From Eledone cirrhosa (lineage: Eukaryota), in contig OZ024751.1 of assembly GCA_964016885.1 (NCBI GenBank), positions 27,404,001-27,468,000 of the forward strand: DNA of 64,000 nt. Reading direction: 5' to 3'. The notes under the pieces are model-generated. The model was not told where the DNA came from. It was given only the letters and a program-made list of their open reading frames with translations, and did no database searches. This document shows positions 28,101-42,800 of this stretch, piece after piece. Each line of letters opens with the position of its first letter. Positions within the stretch are counted from its first letter, which is position 1. The translations under genes were made by a program, and so were the position numbers.

Positions 28101-29557
28101 ACTTCTTCCATTAGTGTTGAAGTCCTTGGATCCCATTGGTGAAGAGGATTTCATCCTGTTGGTAAAAAAAGTCAACAGCAGAAATAACATCATCATCACT
28201 GCAATACTGGTTCCCAGCCAAGTGTTTTTCCATGTTAGGGAATAGATGATGGTCAGATGAGGCCAAATCAGGAGAATAGGGAGGGTGATCAACCAGTTCA
28301 AAGCCAATCATGCACAACAACCATAGAAACCAAGGATGAGTGTGCTGGAGCATTCTCCTGGTGAAACACGGCTCCTTTTGGCAGTTTTCCTTGGTATTTG
28401 ATCTTGATAGCCTTTCTTAACTGCCTCAGCAAGTTGGCATATTACTCTCTATTGATGGTGTGGCCCTTTTGAAGATAGTCAATAAACACAATGCCTTTTG
28501 CTCCCCCAAAAACTGAGGTCATGACCTTCATTGCAGATGAAAAAAACTTGACTTTTTTTGGAGCAGGTGATGAGGGGTGTTTTCACTGCATGGATTGTCT
28601 CTTTCTCTCTGGCTCAAAGTGATGAACCCAACACTCACCCTGGGTTAGAAAACATTCAAGAAAACCAGCTGGATCTGTCTCAAACAATGTCAGATGTTCC
28701 CATGATGTGATCACCTGGTGTACTTTAATTAGATGTCAGAAGACATGGCACCGACCGAGCAGAAACCTTTGTCATGCCAAGTTCATCGTGGAGAATATTC
28801 TCAACTCTCTCACAGGATAATCTAATAGCATTGGCTATTTGATTTATAGTCAATCACCTGTCATCCATTACCATGTGGTGAACATGACCAATGTTGCCCT
28901 CAATAGTGACAGTTGCAGAATGACCAGACCTTAGGTCATCTTAAAGACTTTCCTTTCCCCTCCTAAATTCAGCTGTCCACTTTTGCACTGTTGATGAAGC
29001 TGGAGTGTCACCCCTTAATGTTGTAACCATGTCAGCATCAATGTCCTTTGGGGGGTTAACCCCTTTTTCTGCAGGTGATAACACCACAATGCCAAATTTT
29101 GTCTATTTTCAAGAGAAGTCACAACTAGTTACTTTTAAAGTCTTCTTTGAACAGTCAGATATCAGTTTACCTGGAACAAAACAATGCAGTTATTAATAAG
29201 AAGAGTTGAAATTAATGCATGCAAGATTTCACAGCCCTAGCATCACTCCTTCATAGTCAGCCTATGAACTGTTCAACTGACCCTTGTATGTGTATATATG
29301 TAGGGGAGAGAGAAAGAAGACATGCTGAAAAGTAAGAAAAATACCATAGAGAAGCAGCAGAAAAGTATTACTTGGGGGATAAAGAAACTAAAAATAATGC
29401 AGGGGTCACCTTTTATTAAGGGGACAATAGATAACTGAGTATTGAACCATTCAGCATGACAGAGTAACATGCAGAAATACACACACACACATATAATATA
29501 TATATGTATATACACACACATATATATATCTACATATATATATATACACACACACAC

Positions 29558-29589
<32 letters not shown>

Positions 29590-29631
29590 ACACACACACA
29601 CATATATACACATATATATATCTACATATAT

Positions 29632-29665
<34 letters not shown>

Positions 29666-29686
29666 CTACACACATATATATATATC

Positions 29687-29735
<49 letters not shown>

Positions 29736-32700
29736 GTATATATATACATATGTATATATATACATATGTATATATTTGACTGTATATATATATACATATG
29801 TATACACAGTCAAACAAACATAAACTGATAGTAAAAATTATATCAAGTGAAGACAGTTTTAAAGGAAAGTTGAAGTAGAAATTTATTTGACATCAAAAAG
29901 TACTATATCTAATTAAAAAGTACTATATCTAATTAAAAAGTACTATATCTAATTAAAAAGTACTATATCTAATTAAAAAGTACTATATCTAATTAAAAAG
30001 TACTATATCTAATTAAAAATTACTATATCTAATTAAAAAGTACTATATCTAATTAAAAATTACTATATCTAATTAAAAAGTACTATATCTAATTAAAAAG
30101 TACTATATCTAATTAAAAAGTACTATATCTAATTAAAAATTTATAATTTTCCACTATTTAATAATAATAATAATAATTGTTTCTACTATTGGCACAAGGC
30201 CAGCAATTATCCCAGTGCATTACTGGTACTTTATTTTATCAACCCCGTAAGGATGAAAGGCAAAGTTAACCTTGGAGGGATTTGAACTCAGAACATAAAG
30301 GGACGTAACTCTATGCTGGAAAGCATGGCGTCCGACTCTACAGATACCGCCAATCCAATAATAATAATAATTGTTTCTACTTTTGGCACAAGGCCAGCAA
30401 TTACCCAGTGCATTAAATAACAATAAAAATAATGATTTCTACTATAGGCATAAGGCCATTAATATTAATAAAATTAATAATAATAATAATCTCTAATTTG
30501 GGCACAAGGTCAGCAATTTTGGAGGGGGAGGAGGAGGAGAGAAATGAATTGCATGAAGCCAAGTATTTGACAGAAGAACAAAAGACAAATCTGACAACAA
30601 CAGTTTAAATAATTCCATTGTTGTAATAAGAACAATAATAGTTTCTTATGGCAGGCACAACACCATAGATTTGGGAATGAGTCATAGTTGATTTAATGAA
30701 CCCCAGTAGATGACTGGTATTTAATAAACCCCAGTAGATGACTGGTACTTAATGAACCCCAGTAGATGACTGGTATTTATTAACCCCAGTAGATGACAAG
30801 TATTTATTAACCCAATAGATGATCGGTATTTTATTAACCTCAGTAGATGACTGGTATTTAATGAACCCCAGTAGATGACTGGTATTTTTTAACCCCAGTA
30901 GATGACAGGTATTTTATTAACCTCAGTAGATGACTGGTATTTAATGAAACCAGTAGATGACTGGTAGTTTATTTCACTTAACACAATTAGATCTCTAGTC
31001 AGGAGCTCTCTATATTCTACCTCTCCACAACCATATTAGGTCTCTAGTCAGGGCCTCTTTCTAGATTCTACCTCTCCACAACCAAATTAGCTCTCTAGTC
31101 AGGAGCTCTCTATATTCTACCTCTCCACAACCAAATTAGCTCTCTAGTCAGGAGCTCTCTATATTCTACCTCTCCACAACCAAATCAAACGAGAGTTGTT
31201 TCTTGTTTTTGTTACTTGGTAGTTCTTTAGGAAGGGGCAGTAACTGATATTTACAGGGCCTCTGACATCTGGTGGAAGGGGCAGTAACTGATATTTACAG
31301 GGCCTTGGACATCTGGTGGAAGGGGCAGTAACTATGACATTTACAGGGCCTCTGACATCTGGTGGAAGGGGCAGTAACTATGACATTTACAGGGCCTCAA
31401 GCATCTGGTGGAAGGGGCAGTAACTATGACATTTACAGGAGTGTCGGGGGGGGGGGGGGTTTACAAGATGGGTGATGAAAGGACAGGTGTCTGGGTGGAG
31501 ATGGCATGTGACTAGCAAGGAGTATATACCATTGTAGTAACAGTAGAAGAGACAGAGGAAGGAGACATGTGTGGGTTAGAGGTTGGAAACTGACATTAAC
31601 AAATACAATTCAATATGCCCTAGACCCTTTCATTTATTTTAAAAGTCGATGCAAGCCTAAGGTCTACATCTACTTCAAATGTTTCACAGTTACAAGCAGT
31701 TTCCTTCCTTTTTTTGTTCCAATTTACTTTGAAAATTCCTAGTTCAACTCTCCGAAAACAACAACAACATAAATAGTAAATAAAGAAATGGTAAAAATAA
31801 ACCAAAGAATTAAAGAAATAATTGTAGACCGATGCCAATAATACTAATAACAACATCAATATGGAGTGATAAATAAAGCTATATATTGTGTAAGCAACGA
31901 ACCAGTTGATGGCCTGCTGTTATTGGTATCTCGTCCCACTGCAACGTAAATATAATAATCACTCCAAACATTTAATCATTGAAACAATATATGGAAAATA
32001 TTAAACCTTTTCATTCCAAACCACCTAAAACTGACCTCTGCTTTTAGGAAACAAAGTTGTCTCCCTTTTAAATTGTTTATATGTAAATTTCAAGTTTTTG
32101 TTATAATTTTATCAAAGAAACTTTTAAGTTTGGTTTCAAACAAGCTTGAAAAGCTATTGTTCTAAATCCCACCAAATTCTTGATTATTATCAAAATTAAT
32201 TGAAACATGTGGTCAGTGTATTTCATTGGAAATATTTTCAGGAAATGGTTAAAAATATTAAATTTACTTAACATTTATTATACATGTCTTGTCACTCTTT
32301 GCTGTCTCAATAACTAGATTGCAAAGTGTGAACAGAATTTGGACACCATGAAATGAATAATAAAAGTAAAGTGAATTTAACAGTTGCTTTTTTTATTTTT
32401 CAAACAGTTAAAATGAATCTGGCATGCTACAATTGCTCTAATTTCAAGAGAGTCTCAGACCAAGTTGTACTTCTTAAACAAGTACAAACGAAATATATTG
32501 TAAACCTTTAATTTCACAGACTAATAACAGAATATGTTACTGTAAACATTTCTCTCAATTTACAAAGTTACAGATACAAAGAAAACCAATACTTCAACAA
32601 TGAAATTTAAGTAGAAAATTGACTTACTTTGCATAAATCTGAATATTGTTTCTTTTGAAAGTTTGTTGCGGTGGTGCCAGAATAGAGTTCTACATAACCT

Positions 32701-35700
32701 AGAACTATGGTGAATGCTGTGTTGTGGATTGCACTGGTATAATGCATGTGTAACTGGTCCATAGCAACCTAGCAAATAATATAGGGACATATGATAGGCA
32801 TGTTATACCTCATGATTGGGAAATCATGTGACATAACAGGCAGATCACATGACCGACAGATCACATCACATGACCAGCAGATCACAACATGACCGACAGA
32901 TCACATCACATTATTGAAAGACAGGATGGGAGATTTAAGAATAAATGCTATCATCAACATGATGATGATAATGGTCAAAGTGATGATGATGATGGTGATG
33001 ATCAAAGTGATGGTGATGATGATGGTTATATCGTGATCAAGATGTTGATATTGATCGAAGTGATGATTGTGGTAGTACTGCTACCACCTATGCAGTATTC
33101 TTACCTGTGTTTTTCCCAGAAGTCTGTAGGCAGTCTGTACTTTGCTGTAGTGAGCCACATCAAAAGTGTTACATGTCTTAGAGAGGGCCACATCTAGTTG
33201 CTCTTCAATAACCTCCAAGGTGTCCTGAAGTTTAAAATTCAGTTCACTGATACAATGGTAGTGTTTGAAGGTACTGGCAGCATTCTGGCACTCTAAACAT
33301 AGTTGGATGGCACCACTATAGTCTTCTTCCTGTAGAGAGGACAGAGAAATAAAATGATACTAACATAAGGAGACATATATATTAAGAGGGGATGGCTTAA
33401 TATGTGTATATATGTTTGCATACACACACACACTTTATATACACATGGAGAGAGAGAGAATCCTGACCACAGCACCAACCATTTCGGCTTGTGTTTAGCA
33501 GCCCTTTTCAAGGGTGTAGGAATTTTTGCAGGGTGTATAAAAGTAGTCTATATATACATGAAAAAGTCAAAGGAACAATAAACAAGTAGAAGGAGCCAAC
33601 ATTTCATATTTTTTAACAATAAACAACTATTTCAATCAAAAAACGAATGAAACACCATTTTCTACATTTTACACACTTCTTCAAGCAAACTACATCCTCT
33701 TGGGTATATATACATATATTAAAATTTAAATGACTCCAAAGATTAAAACATTTTAAAACTGACAGTCGTTTCTGCCTGTGTGTAATAACAGGTTTCATCA
33801 GAGTTTATTAAAATGTTTAATTCACAGAGAAACACAATAAGAACATCCAATACATAAAATCATCTTACAAAGTACAAACATTTCCAAAAAACAGTTCTAT
33901 ATGGTGGAGAAAGATGTGTATGTTAATGTGAGAAGTATGTTACATATAGATGTGGTGCTATTTAAAGATTTTATATTAATAATTTAAATGTTGTTATACA
34001 TTGTTAATAACTAATTTGTGGTAACTAAAAATTCTTTATAACGAGATCAAACTAACACATTGAGCGTGTGGTCGGGGATTGAAAAAAATGTTGTTATACT
34101 GAAAAATTTGTTATAATGGTATTCGTTATAATGGAATTTTACCTATATATATATAATTATATGTATGTATATATCTGTGTGTGTGTGTATTTATAAATGT
34201 GTAGGTTGCGGTAAGGAAGTATCTCTAGCAATAGATTAGTAAAGTAAAGAAAGATTAAAGAACTTACCTCCAGCATCTCTCGTAGCCTCAAATCGGTCCT
34301 TTGCTGTGAAAGAGATGTAAAGCCAGTGAAAGACAGAGGCTGACTGGGAGTGCAGCAATAGAATTGTATTAGCAATAGAATAGTATCTCTATATATATAG
34401 AATATACCTTACATGTACCCTATATATAGTTAACTATAGTGTACCTTCCATAGTACATAAAGGTAGATAGACAATAGCTGATATAGTAGCTATACAGCTA
34501 TGCAGACTGGAGTAGCTGTTAGCTACACACTGTCACAACGGAGTTGGTGTGATGAAGGTGACAACATAACACTCAACCATAACTGCTTTTGTAGGTTGAC
34601 ATCCTTATATTCCTAGCAATCTCTCACTGTAACATAATAGGATAACATCTTATCTACCCAACCATTTCTTTATATACATTGAAGATGATGTTTATCTTTG
34701 GAAGTGACAGACAACCAACATCAATACCCACTTACTTGAGGGGCTTCCTTGTCTAAAGGTGGGTGAGAGAGGCCATCCTGCTCGTCACCTCGTCCCAGTT
34801 TTTGTCCGTCTGGAGGTCCGGACTGAACCAGACCCCTAGCAATTTAACCGGTCCGTCCGTCCAGCGCCCGACGACGCTGTCAGATTCTGGTCTCGCTGAT
34901 GGCCACCACATCTATGTTTAGCGACCTAAGATCGTTGAGCAGGTAGCCCTGCTTCCAAGACGACCCCAGGCCATATGCATTTATGCTACCTATCCTGAGA
35001 GAAGCCATGTTGGCTAGGATAGGAGGAAAACAAGTGCTGGCAACAGTCCATATGGAGCTGGCATTCACAGAAAATTAGTTAATGCTATTAAGCCTTACGT
35101 AATTTCAGTTAAGAGCAGCTTCATCATCTACATATATAGATAATTGTCAGTATATGGAGACATTGTAAGTGAGAGGTGTCAAATGTCCTAATACAGAAGA
35201 CCCAACTTCCCATGGGAAGCTGAAGCATATATACAGTATGTGCCACCCCACCCTCTCACTGTAACGTGGTCTTCTGGTGTCACAACAAAAAGTACCCAGC
35301 CTTCACTGTAAAGTGGTCATGTAGGTGTCACAACAAAAAGTACTCAGTCCATGCTGTAAATGTGGTTGGCATTAGGAAGGGCATCTAGCTGTAGAAACCA
35401 AGGACAACAGGACAACTCATGTAACCCATGCTAGCAATGTAAAATGGCAACGATGATGATGATTGCAAATGAGGTGTCATATATTATATATATGGTGACA
35501 TTGCAAGTGGGAGGTGTCATATGAGATATATATTGTGATATTGCAAATGAGAGGTGTCTTATGTTATATATATGGTGACATTGCAAGTGGGAGGTGTCAT
35601 ATGTTATATATATATATGGTGATATTGCAAGTGAGAGGTGTCATCTGTCCTATATATGGTAACATTGCAAGTGAGACGTTTCATCTGTTATATATGATAA

Positions 35701-36752
35701 GGCAAAAGGCAAATATAAGAAATGACTGACCAAAGTTTTGATTGTATGTAGGGACTTTAGTAAAGACATCAACTGGCTCCTCTTACGGTAGTTTGCTAAT
35801 AAACCAAGACTTGTTGCTGTAAAACTCTCCCTGGCTTTCACAAGTTCACTGTTAAAAGATATTGGTTGAAACATACACATTAAAATACAGTAAATATAAC
35901 AACAACAGTTTAACTCTTTGTTGCCATATTTCTAATGAAAGTGTGTATGACTTTCAATGAAATTTAAAAGTAATCATCATGATTGTGATAATGAATCAAA
36001 AATTTGAAGGGATTTAGAAATATAGCTTTCTTATACATCTGGTATGTTGAATATAACTTAACAAAGGTTCTTAGATAAACATTTTGATGGAAGGCTTTTA
36101 GATAAATATGAACACTTTAAAACAAACAATTTTATTTTTAAGAAGTATTGAGTGAATTATAAATTTTGATTGTATGTTAGCTTAAAGTTGCCTCAACACA
36201 GGTTTTTGATGATGGAAAATAGATATGTTGGGTATATAATCCCCCTAGAAAGGGAAAAAAGTGGACAACATCACTGCTGGGATAGTTTTATATTGTATAA
36301 TGAGCAGCTTCAGGCTACTTCATATCAAAAGGGTTAAAGACACACACACTGATTAATATACAGTTAAATATAACAAGAAACTCACTGAGTAAAGAAACAC
36401 GAGAGAGATAAGGTAAAATAGTTTACCTGCGTCCTGTGGTACATATACCACCGGCCAACTGTAATGTCCTCTGTAGCTCCATGACACGTTGCAGTTCTGT
36501 GACATAGGCCGGATGGTTCTGAAGTACCAGTTCATAGACCTTTCTAGATACCTGGGGTGCCAGAAAATATAGAGGAACTATTTTAAGAAAGCTGTAGACA
36601 AGGAAGACCAAGAATAATGTGGGTAGAGGTGGTGAAACCTGTTACAAGCATTCAGACCATGCTTTCGTTTCAAAGATATCTTTCTATTGCCACCCCATCT
36701 GTCACAGAATCCCTGTAAAGGGTCATTGACACTGCTTTTCCCATCCTCATTA

Positions 36753-36816
<64 letters not shown>

Positions 36817-39800
36817 GCTAATAATTACAGTTTTTATCTGTGGCAGTTACAAAGATAATCCGGTTGAAGCAGTTAAAAAGCACTCTACGTCAATTGTATA
36901 TATCCAACATTGTGATGGCAATTTAACGTGATGGAGTTTCCATTTATGAAACAATGTTAAGATGTTACGTTTACATAATTCTATTTATTACATTATACGC
37001 ATTTCAATGACATGCTGGATAGTAAATATTTACATATATATATATATATATATAACTTCATATACTTTGGCTGCTTATCACACAACTTAATATATATCAG
37101 AATTAACAACAAAGAGTGCTAATAATATGCAAATTAGTACTTCCATTTTAGGATACTATATATAAGCCCCTCAATTATGTATTTCCTTGTGGTTATTTAG
37201 ATGATATACATACCATCTGATGATCATATGATGATGGTCATGATCCTCATACATACCAACAGTTAGACCTGTCTACCTCCTCTAGACACACACACCAGTT
37301 AGACCTGTCTACCTCCTCTAGACACACACACCAGTTAGACCTGTCAACCTCCTCTAGACACACACACACCAGTTAGACCTGTCAACCTCCTCTAGACACA
37401 CACACCAGTTAGACCTGTCAACCTCCTCTAGACACACACACCAGTTAGACCTGTCTACCTCCTCTAGACACACACACACCAGTTAGACCTGTCAACCTCC
37501 TCTAGACACACACACCAGTTAGACCTGTCAACCTCCTCTAGACACACACACACCAGTTAGACCTGTCAACCTCCTCTAGACACACACACCAGTTAGACCT
37601 GTCTACCTCCTCTAGACACACACACCAGTTAGACCTGTCAACCTCCTCTAGACACACACACACCAGTTAGACCTGTCAACCTCCTCTAGACACACACACC
37701 AGTTAGACCTGTCAACCTCCTCTAGACACACACACCAGTTAGACCTGTCTACCTCCTCTAGACACACACACACCAGTTAGACCTGTCAACCTCCTCTAGA
37801 CACACACACCAGTTAGACCTGTCTACCTCCTCTAGACACACACACACCAGTTAGACCTGTCAACCTCCTCTAGACACACACACCAGTTAGACCTGTCAAC
37901 CTCCTCTAGACACACACACACCAGTTAGACCTGTCAACCTCCTCTAGACACACACACCAGTTAGACCTGTCTACCTCCTCTAGACACACACACCAGTTAG
38001 ACCTGTCAACCTCCTCTAGACACACACACACCAGTTAGACCTGTCAACCTCCTCTAGACACACACACCAGTTAGACCTGTCAACCTCCTCTAGACACACA
38101 CACCAGTTAGACCTGTCAACCTCCTCTAGACACACACACACCAGTTAGACCTGTCAACCTCCTCTAGACACACACACCAGTTAGACCTGTCAACCTCCTC
38201 TAGATACACACACCAGTTAGACCTGTCTACCTCCTCTAGACACACACACCAGTTAGACCTGTCTACCTCCTCTAGACACACACACCAGTTAGACCTGTCT
38301 ACCTCCTCTAGACACACACACACCAGTTAGACCTGTCAACCTCCTCTAGACACACACACCAGTTAGACCTGTCAACCTCCTCTAGACACACACACACCAG
38401 TTAGACCTGTCAACCTCCTCTAGACACACACACCAGTTAGACCTGTCTACCTCCTCTAGACACACACACCAGTTAGACCTGTCTACCTCCTCTAGACACA
38501 CACACCAGTTAGACCTGTCTACCTCCTCTAGACACACACACCAGTTAGACCTGTCTACCTCCTCTAGACACACACACCAGTTAGACCTGTCTACCTCCTC
38601 TAGACACACACACCAGTTAGACCTGTCTACCTCCTCTAGACACACACACCAGTTAGACCTGTCTACCTCCTCTAGACACACACACCAGTTAGACCTGTCT
38701 ACCTCCTCTAGACACACACACCAGTTAGACCTGTCTACCTCCTCTAGACACACACACCAGTTAGACCTGTCAACCTCCTCTAGACACACACACCAGTTAG
38801 ACCTGTCAACCTCCTCTAGACACACACACCAGTTAGACCTGTCTACCTCCTCTAGACACACACACACCAGTTAGACCTGTCAACCTCCTCTAGACACACA
38901 CACCAGTTAGACCTGTCAACCTCCTCTAGACACACACACCAGTTAGACCTGTCTACCTCCTCTAGACACACACACCAGTTAGACCTGTCTACCTCCTCTA
39001 GACACACACACCAGTTAGACCTGTCTACCTCCTCTAGACACACACACCAGTTAGACCTGTCTACCTCCTCTAGACACACACACCAGTTAGACCTGTCTAC
39101 CTCCTCTAGACACACACACACCAGTTAGACCTGTCTACCTCCTCTAGACACACACACCAGTTAGACCTGTCTACCTCCTCTAGACACACACACCAGTTAG
39201 ACCTGTCTACCTCCTCTAGACACACACACCAGTTAGACCTGTCAACCTCCTCTAGACACACACACCAGTTAGACCTGTCTACCTCCTCTAGACACACACA
39301 CCAGTTAGACCTGTCTACCTCCTCTAGACACACACACACCAGTTAGACCTGTCTACCTCCTCTAGACACACACACCAGTTAGACCTGTCAACCTCCTCTA
39401 GACACACACACCAGTTAGACCTGTCTACCTCCTCTAGACACACACACCAGTTAGACCTGTCTACCTCCTCTAGACACACACACCAGTTAGACCTGTCAAC
39501 CTCCTCTAGACACACACACCAGTTAGACCTGTCTACCTCCTCTAGACACACACACACCAGTTAGACCTGTCTACCTCCTCTAGACACACACACCAGTTAG
39601 ACCTGTCAACCTCCTCTAGACACACACACCAGTTAGACCTGTCTACCTCCTCTAGACACACACATCAGTTAGACCTGTCTACCTCCTCTAGACACACACA
39701 CACCAGTTAGACCTGTCTACCTCCTCTAGACACACACACCAGTTAGACCTGTCTACCTCCTCTAGACACACACACCAGTTAGACCTGTCTACCTCCTCTA

Positions 39801-42800
39801 GACACACACATCAGTTAGACCTGTCTACCTCCTCTAGACACACACACACCAGTTAGACCTGTCAACCTCCTCTAGACACACACACCAGTTAGACCTGTCT
39901 ACCTCCTCTAGACACACACACCAGTTAGACCTGTCTACCTCCTCTAGACACACACACCAGTTAGACCTGTCTACCTCCTCTAGACACACACACCAGTTAG
40001 ACCTGTCTACCTCCTCTAGACACACACACCAGTTAGACCTGTCTACCTCCTCTAGACACACACACACCAGTTAGACCTGTCTACCTCCTCTAGACACACA
40101 CACCAGTTAGACCTGTCTACCTCCTCTAGACACACACACCAGTTAGACCTGTCTACCTCCTCTAGACACACACACACCAGTTAGACCTGTCTACCTCCTC
40201 TAGACACACACATCAGTTAGACCTGTCTACCTCCTCTAGACACACACACACCAGTTAGACCTGTCTACCTCCTCTAGACACACACACCAGTTAGACCTGT
40301 CAACCTCCTCTAGACACACACACCAATTAGACCTGTCTACCTCCTCTAGACACACACACCAGTTAGACCTGTCTACCTCCTCTAGACACACACATCAGTT
40401 AGACCTGTCTACCTCCTCTAGACACACACACCAGTTAGACCTGTCTACCTCCTCTAGACACACACACCAGTTAGACCTGTCTACCTCCTCTAGACACACA
40501 CACACCAGTTAGACCTGTCTACCTCCTCTAGACACACACACCAGTTAGACCTGTCAACCTCCTCTAGACACACACACCAATTAGACCTGTCTACCTCCTC
40601 TAGACACACACACCAGTTAGACCTGTCTACCTCCTCTAGACACACACACCAGTTAGACCTGTCTACCTCCTCTAGACACACACACCAGTTAGACACTGTC
40701 AGTCATCCCTCTAGACACACACACCAGTTAGACCTGTCTACCTCCTCTAGACACACACACCAGTTAGACCTGTCTACCTCCTCTAGACACACACACACCA
40801 GTTAGACCTGTCTACCTCCTCTAGACACACACACCAGTTAGACCTGTCTACCTCCTCTAGACACACACACCAGTTAGACCTGTCTACCTCCTCTAGACAC
40901 ACACACACCAGTTAGACCTGTCTACCTCCTCTAGACACACACACCAGTTAGACCTGTCTACCTCCTCTAGACACACACACCAGTTAGACCTGTCTACCTC
41001 CTCTAGACACACACACACCAGTTAGACCTGTCTACCTCCTCTAGACACACACACCAGTTAGACACTGTCAGTCATCCCTCTAGACACACACACCAGTTAG
41101 ACCTGTCTACCTCCTCTAGACACACACACCAGTTAGACCTGTCTACCTCCTCTAGACACACACACACCAGTTAGACCTGTCTACCTCCTCTAGACACACA
41201 CACCAGTTAGACCTGTCTACCTCCTCTAGACACACACACACCAGTTAGACCTGTCTACCTCCTCTAGACACACACACCAGTTAGACCTGTCTACCTCCTC
41301 TAGACACACACACCAGTTAGACCTGTCTACCTCCTCTAGACACACACACACCAGTTAGACCTGTCTACCTCCTCTAGACACACACATCAGTTAGACCTGT
41401 CTACCTCCTCTAGACACACACACACCAGTTAGACCTGTCTACCTCCTCTAGACACACACACCAGTTAGACCTGTCTACCTCCTCTAGACACACACACCAG
41501 TTAGACACTGTCAGTCATCCCTCTAGACACACACACCAGTTAGACCTGTCAACCTCCTCTAGACACACACACACCAGTTAGACCTGTCTACCTCCTCTAG
41601 ACACACACACCAGTTAGACACTGTCAGTCATCCCTCTAGACACACACACCAGTTAGACCTGTCTACCTCCTCTAGACACACACACCAGTTAGACCTGTCT
41701 ACCTCCTCTAGACACACACACACCAGTTAGACCTGTCTACCTCCTCTAGACACACACACCAGTTAGACCTGTCTACCTCCTCTAGACACACACACACCAG
41801 TTAGACCTGTCTACCTCCTCTAGACACACACACCAGTTAGACCTGTCAACCTCCTCTAGACACACACACCAGTTAGACCTGTCAACCTCCTCTAGATACA
41901 CACACCAGTTAGACCTGTCAACCTCCTCTAGACACACACACCAGTTAGACCTGTCTACCTCCTCTAGATACACACACCAGTTAGACCTGTCAACCTCCTC
42001 TAGACACACACACCAGTTAGACCTGTCTACCTCCTCTAGACACACACACCAGTTAGACCTGTCAACCTCCTCTAGACACACACACACCAGTTAGCAGTGT
42101 GGCACTCTCTCTACACACACACCAGTTAGAACATACACCAGTTTTAACTTACCACATCCAGTTGTCCCCTCAGTCGTGCCCTGTCAGCATCAATCTCACT
42201 TAGCTCCAATGTCTCAGGTAATTTCTGCAGACAAAACATAAAAACTTCAAATTTGTAAGAAGAGATTCAAAAGATGAGTGATGGTGGTGGTGGTGTGGGT
42301 GACAGTGATGGAGGTGGTGGTGGTGGCAGAGACGGAAGTAGTGGTGGTAGTGGCAGAGATGGAGGTGGTGGTGGTGATGACAGTGATGGAGGTGGTGGTG
42401 GCAGAGATGGAGATGGTGGTGACAGTGATGGAGGTGGTGGCAGTGATGGAGGTGGTAGTGGTGATGACAGTGATGGTGGTGGTGGTAGAGATGGAGGCGG
42501 TGGTGTGGGGGGGGGGGTTGATGGTGGAGGTGGTAGTGGCAGTGATGGTGGTGGTGGCAGTGATGGAGGTTGTGGTGGTGGCAGGTATGGAGGTGATGGT
42601 GGTGGTAGCAGTGATGGTGGTGGCAGTGGTGGTGGTGGTGACGGTGGTGGTGATGTTTGTGGTGGTGGTGTTTGTGGTAGCAGTGATGGTGGTGGCAGTG
42701 ATGGTGGTGGCAGTGATGGTGGTGGTACCATGAAAGTACCAGTACAACATACCTTCAGTTCATATTCACTGGTGTCAAACTGCTCAGAATTATAATAAAA

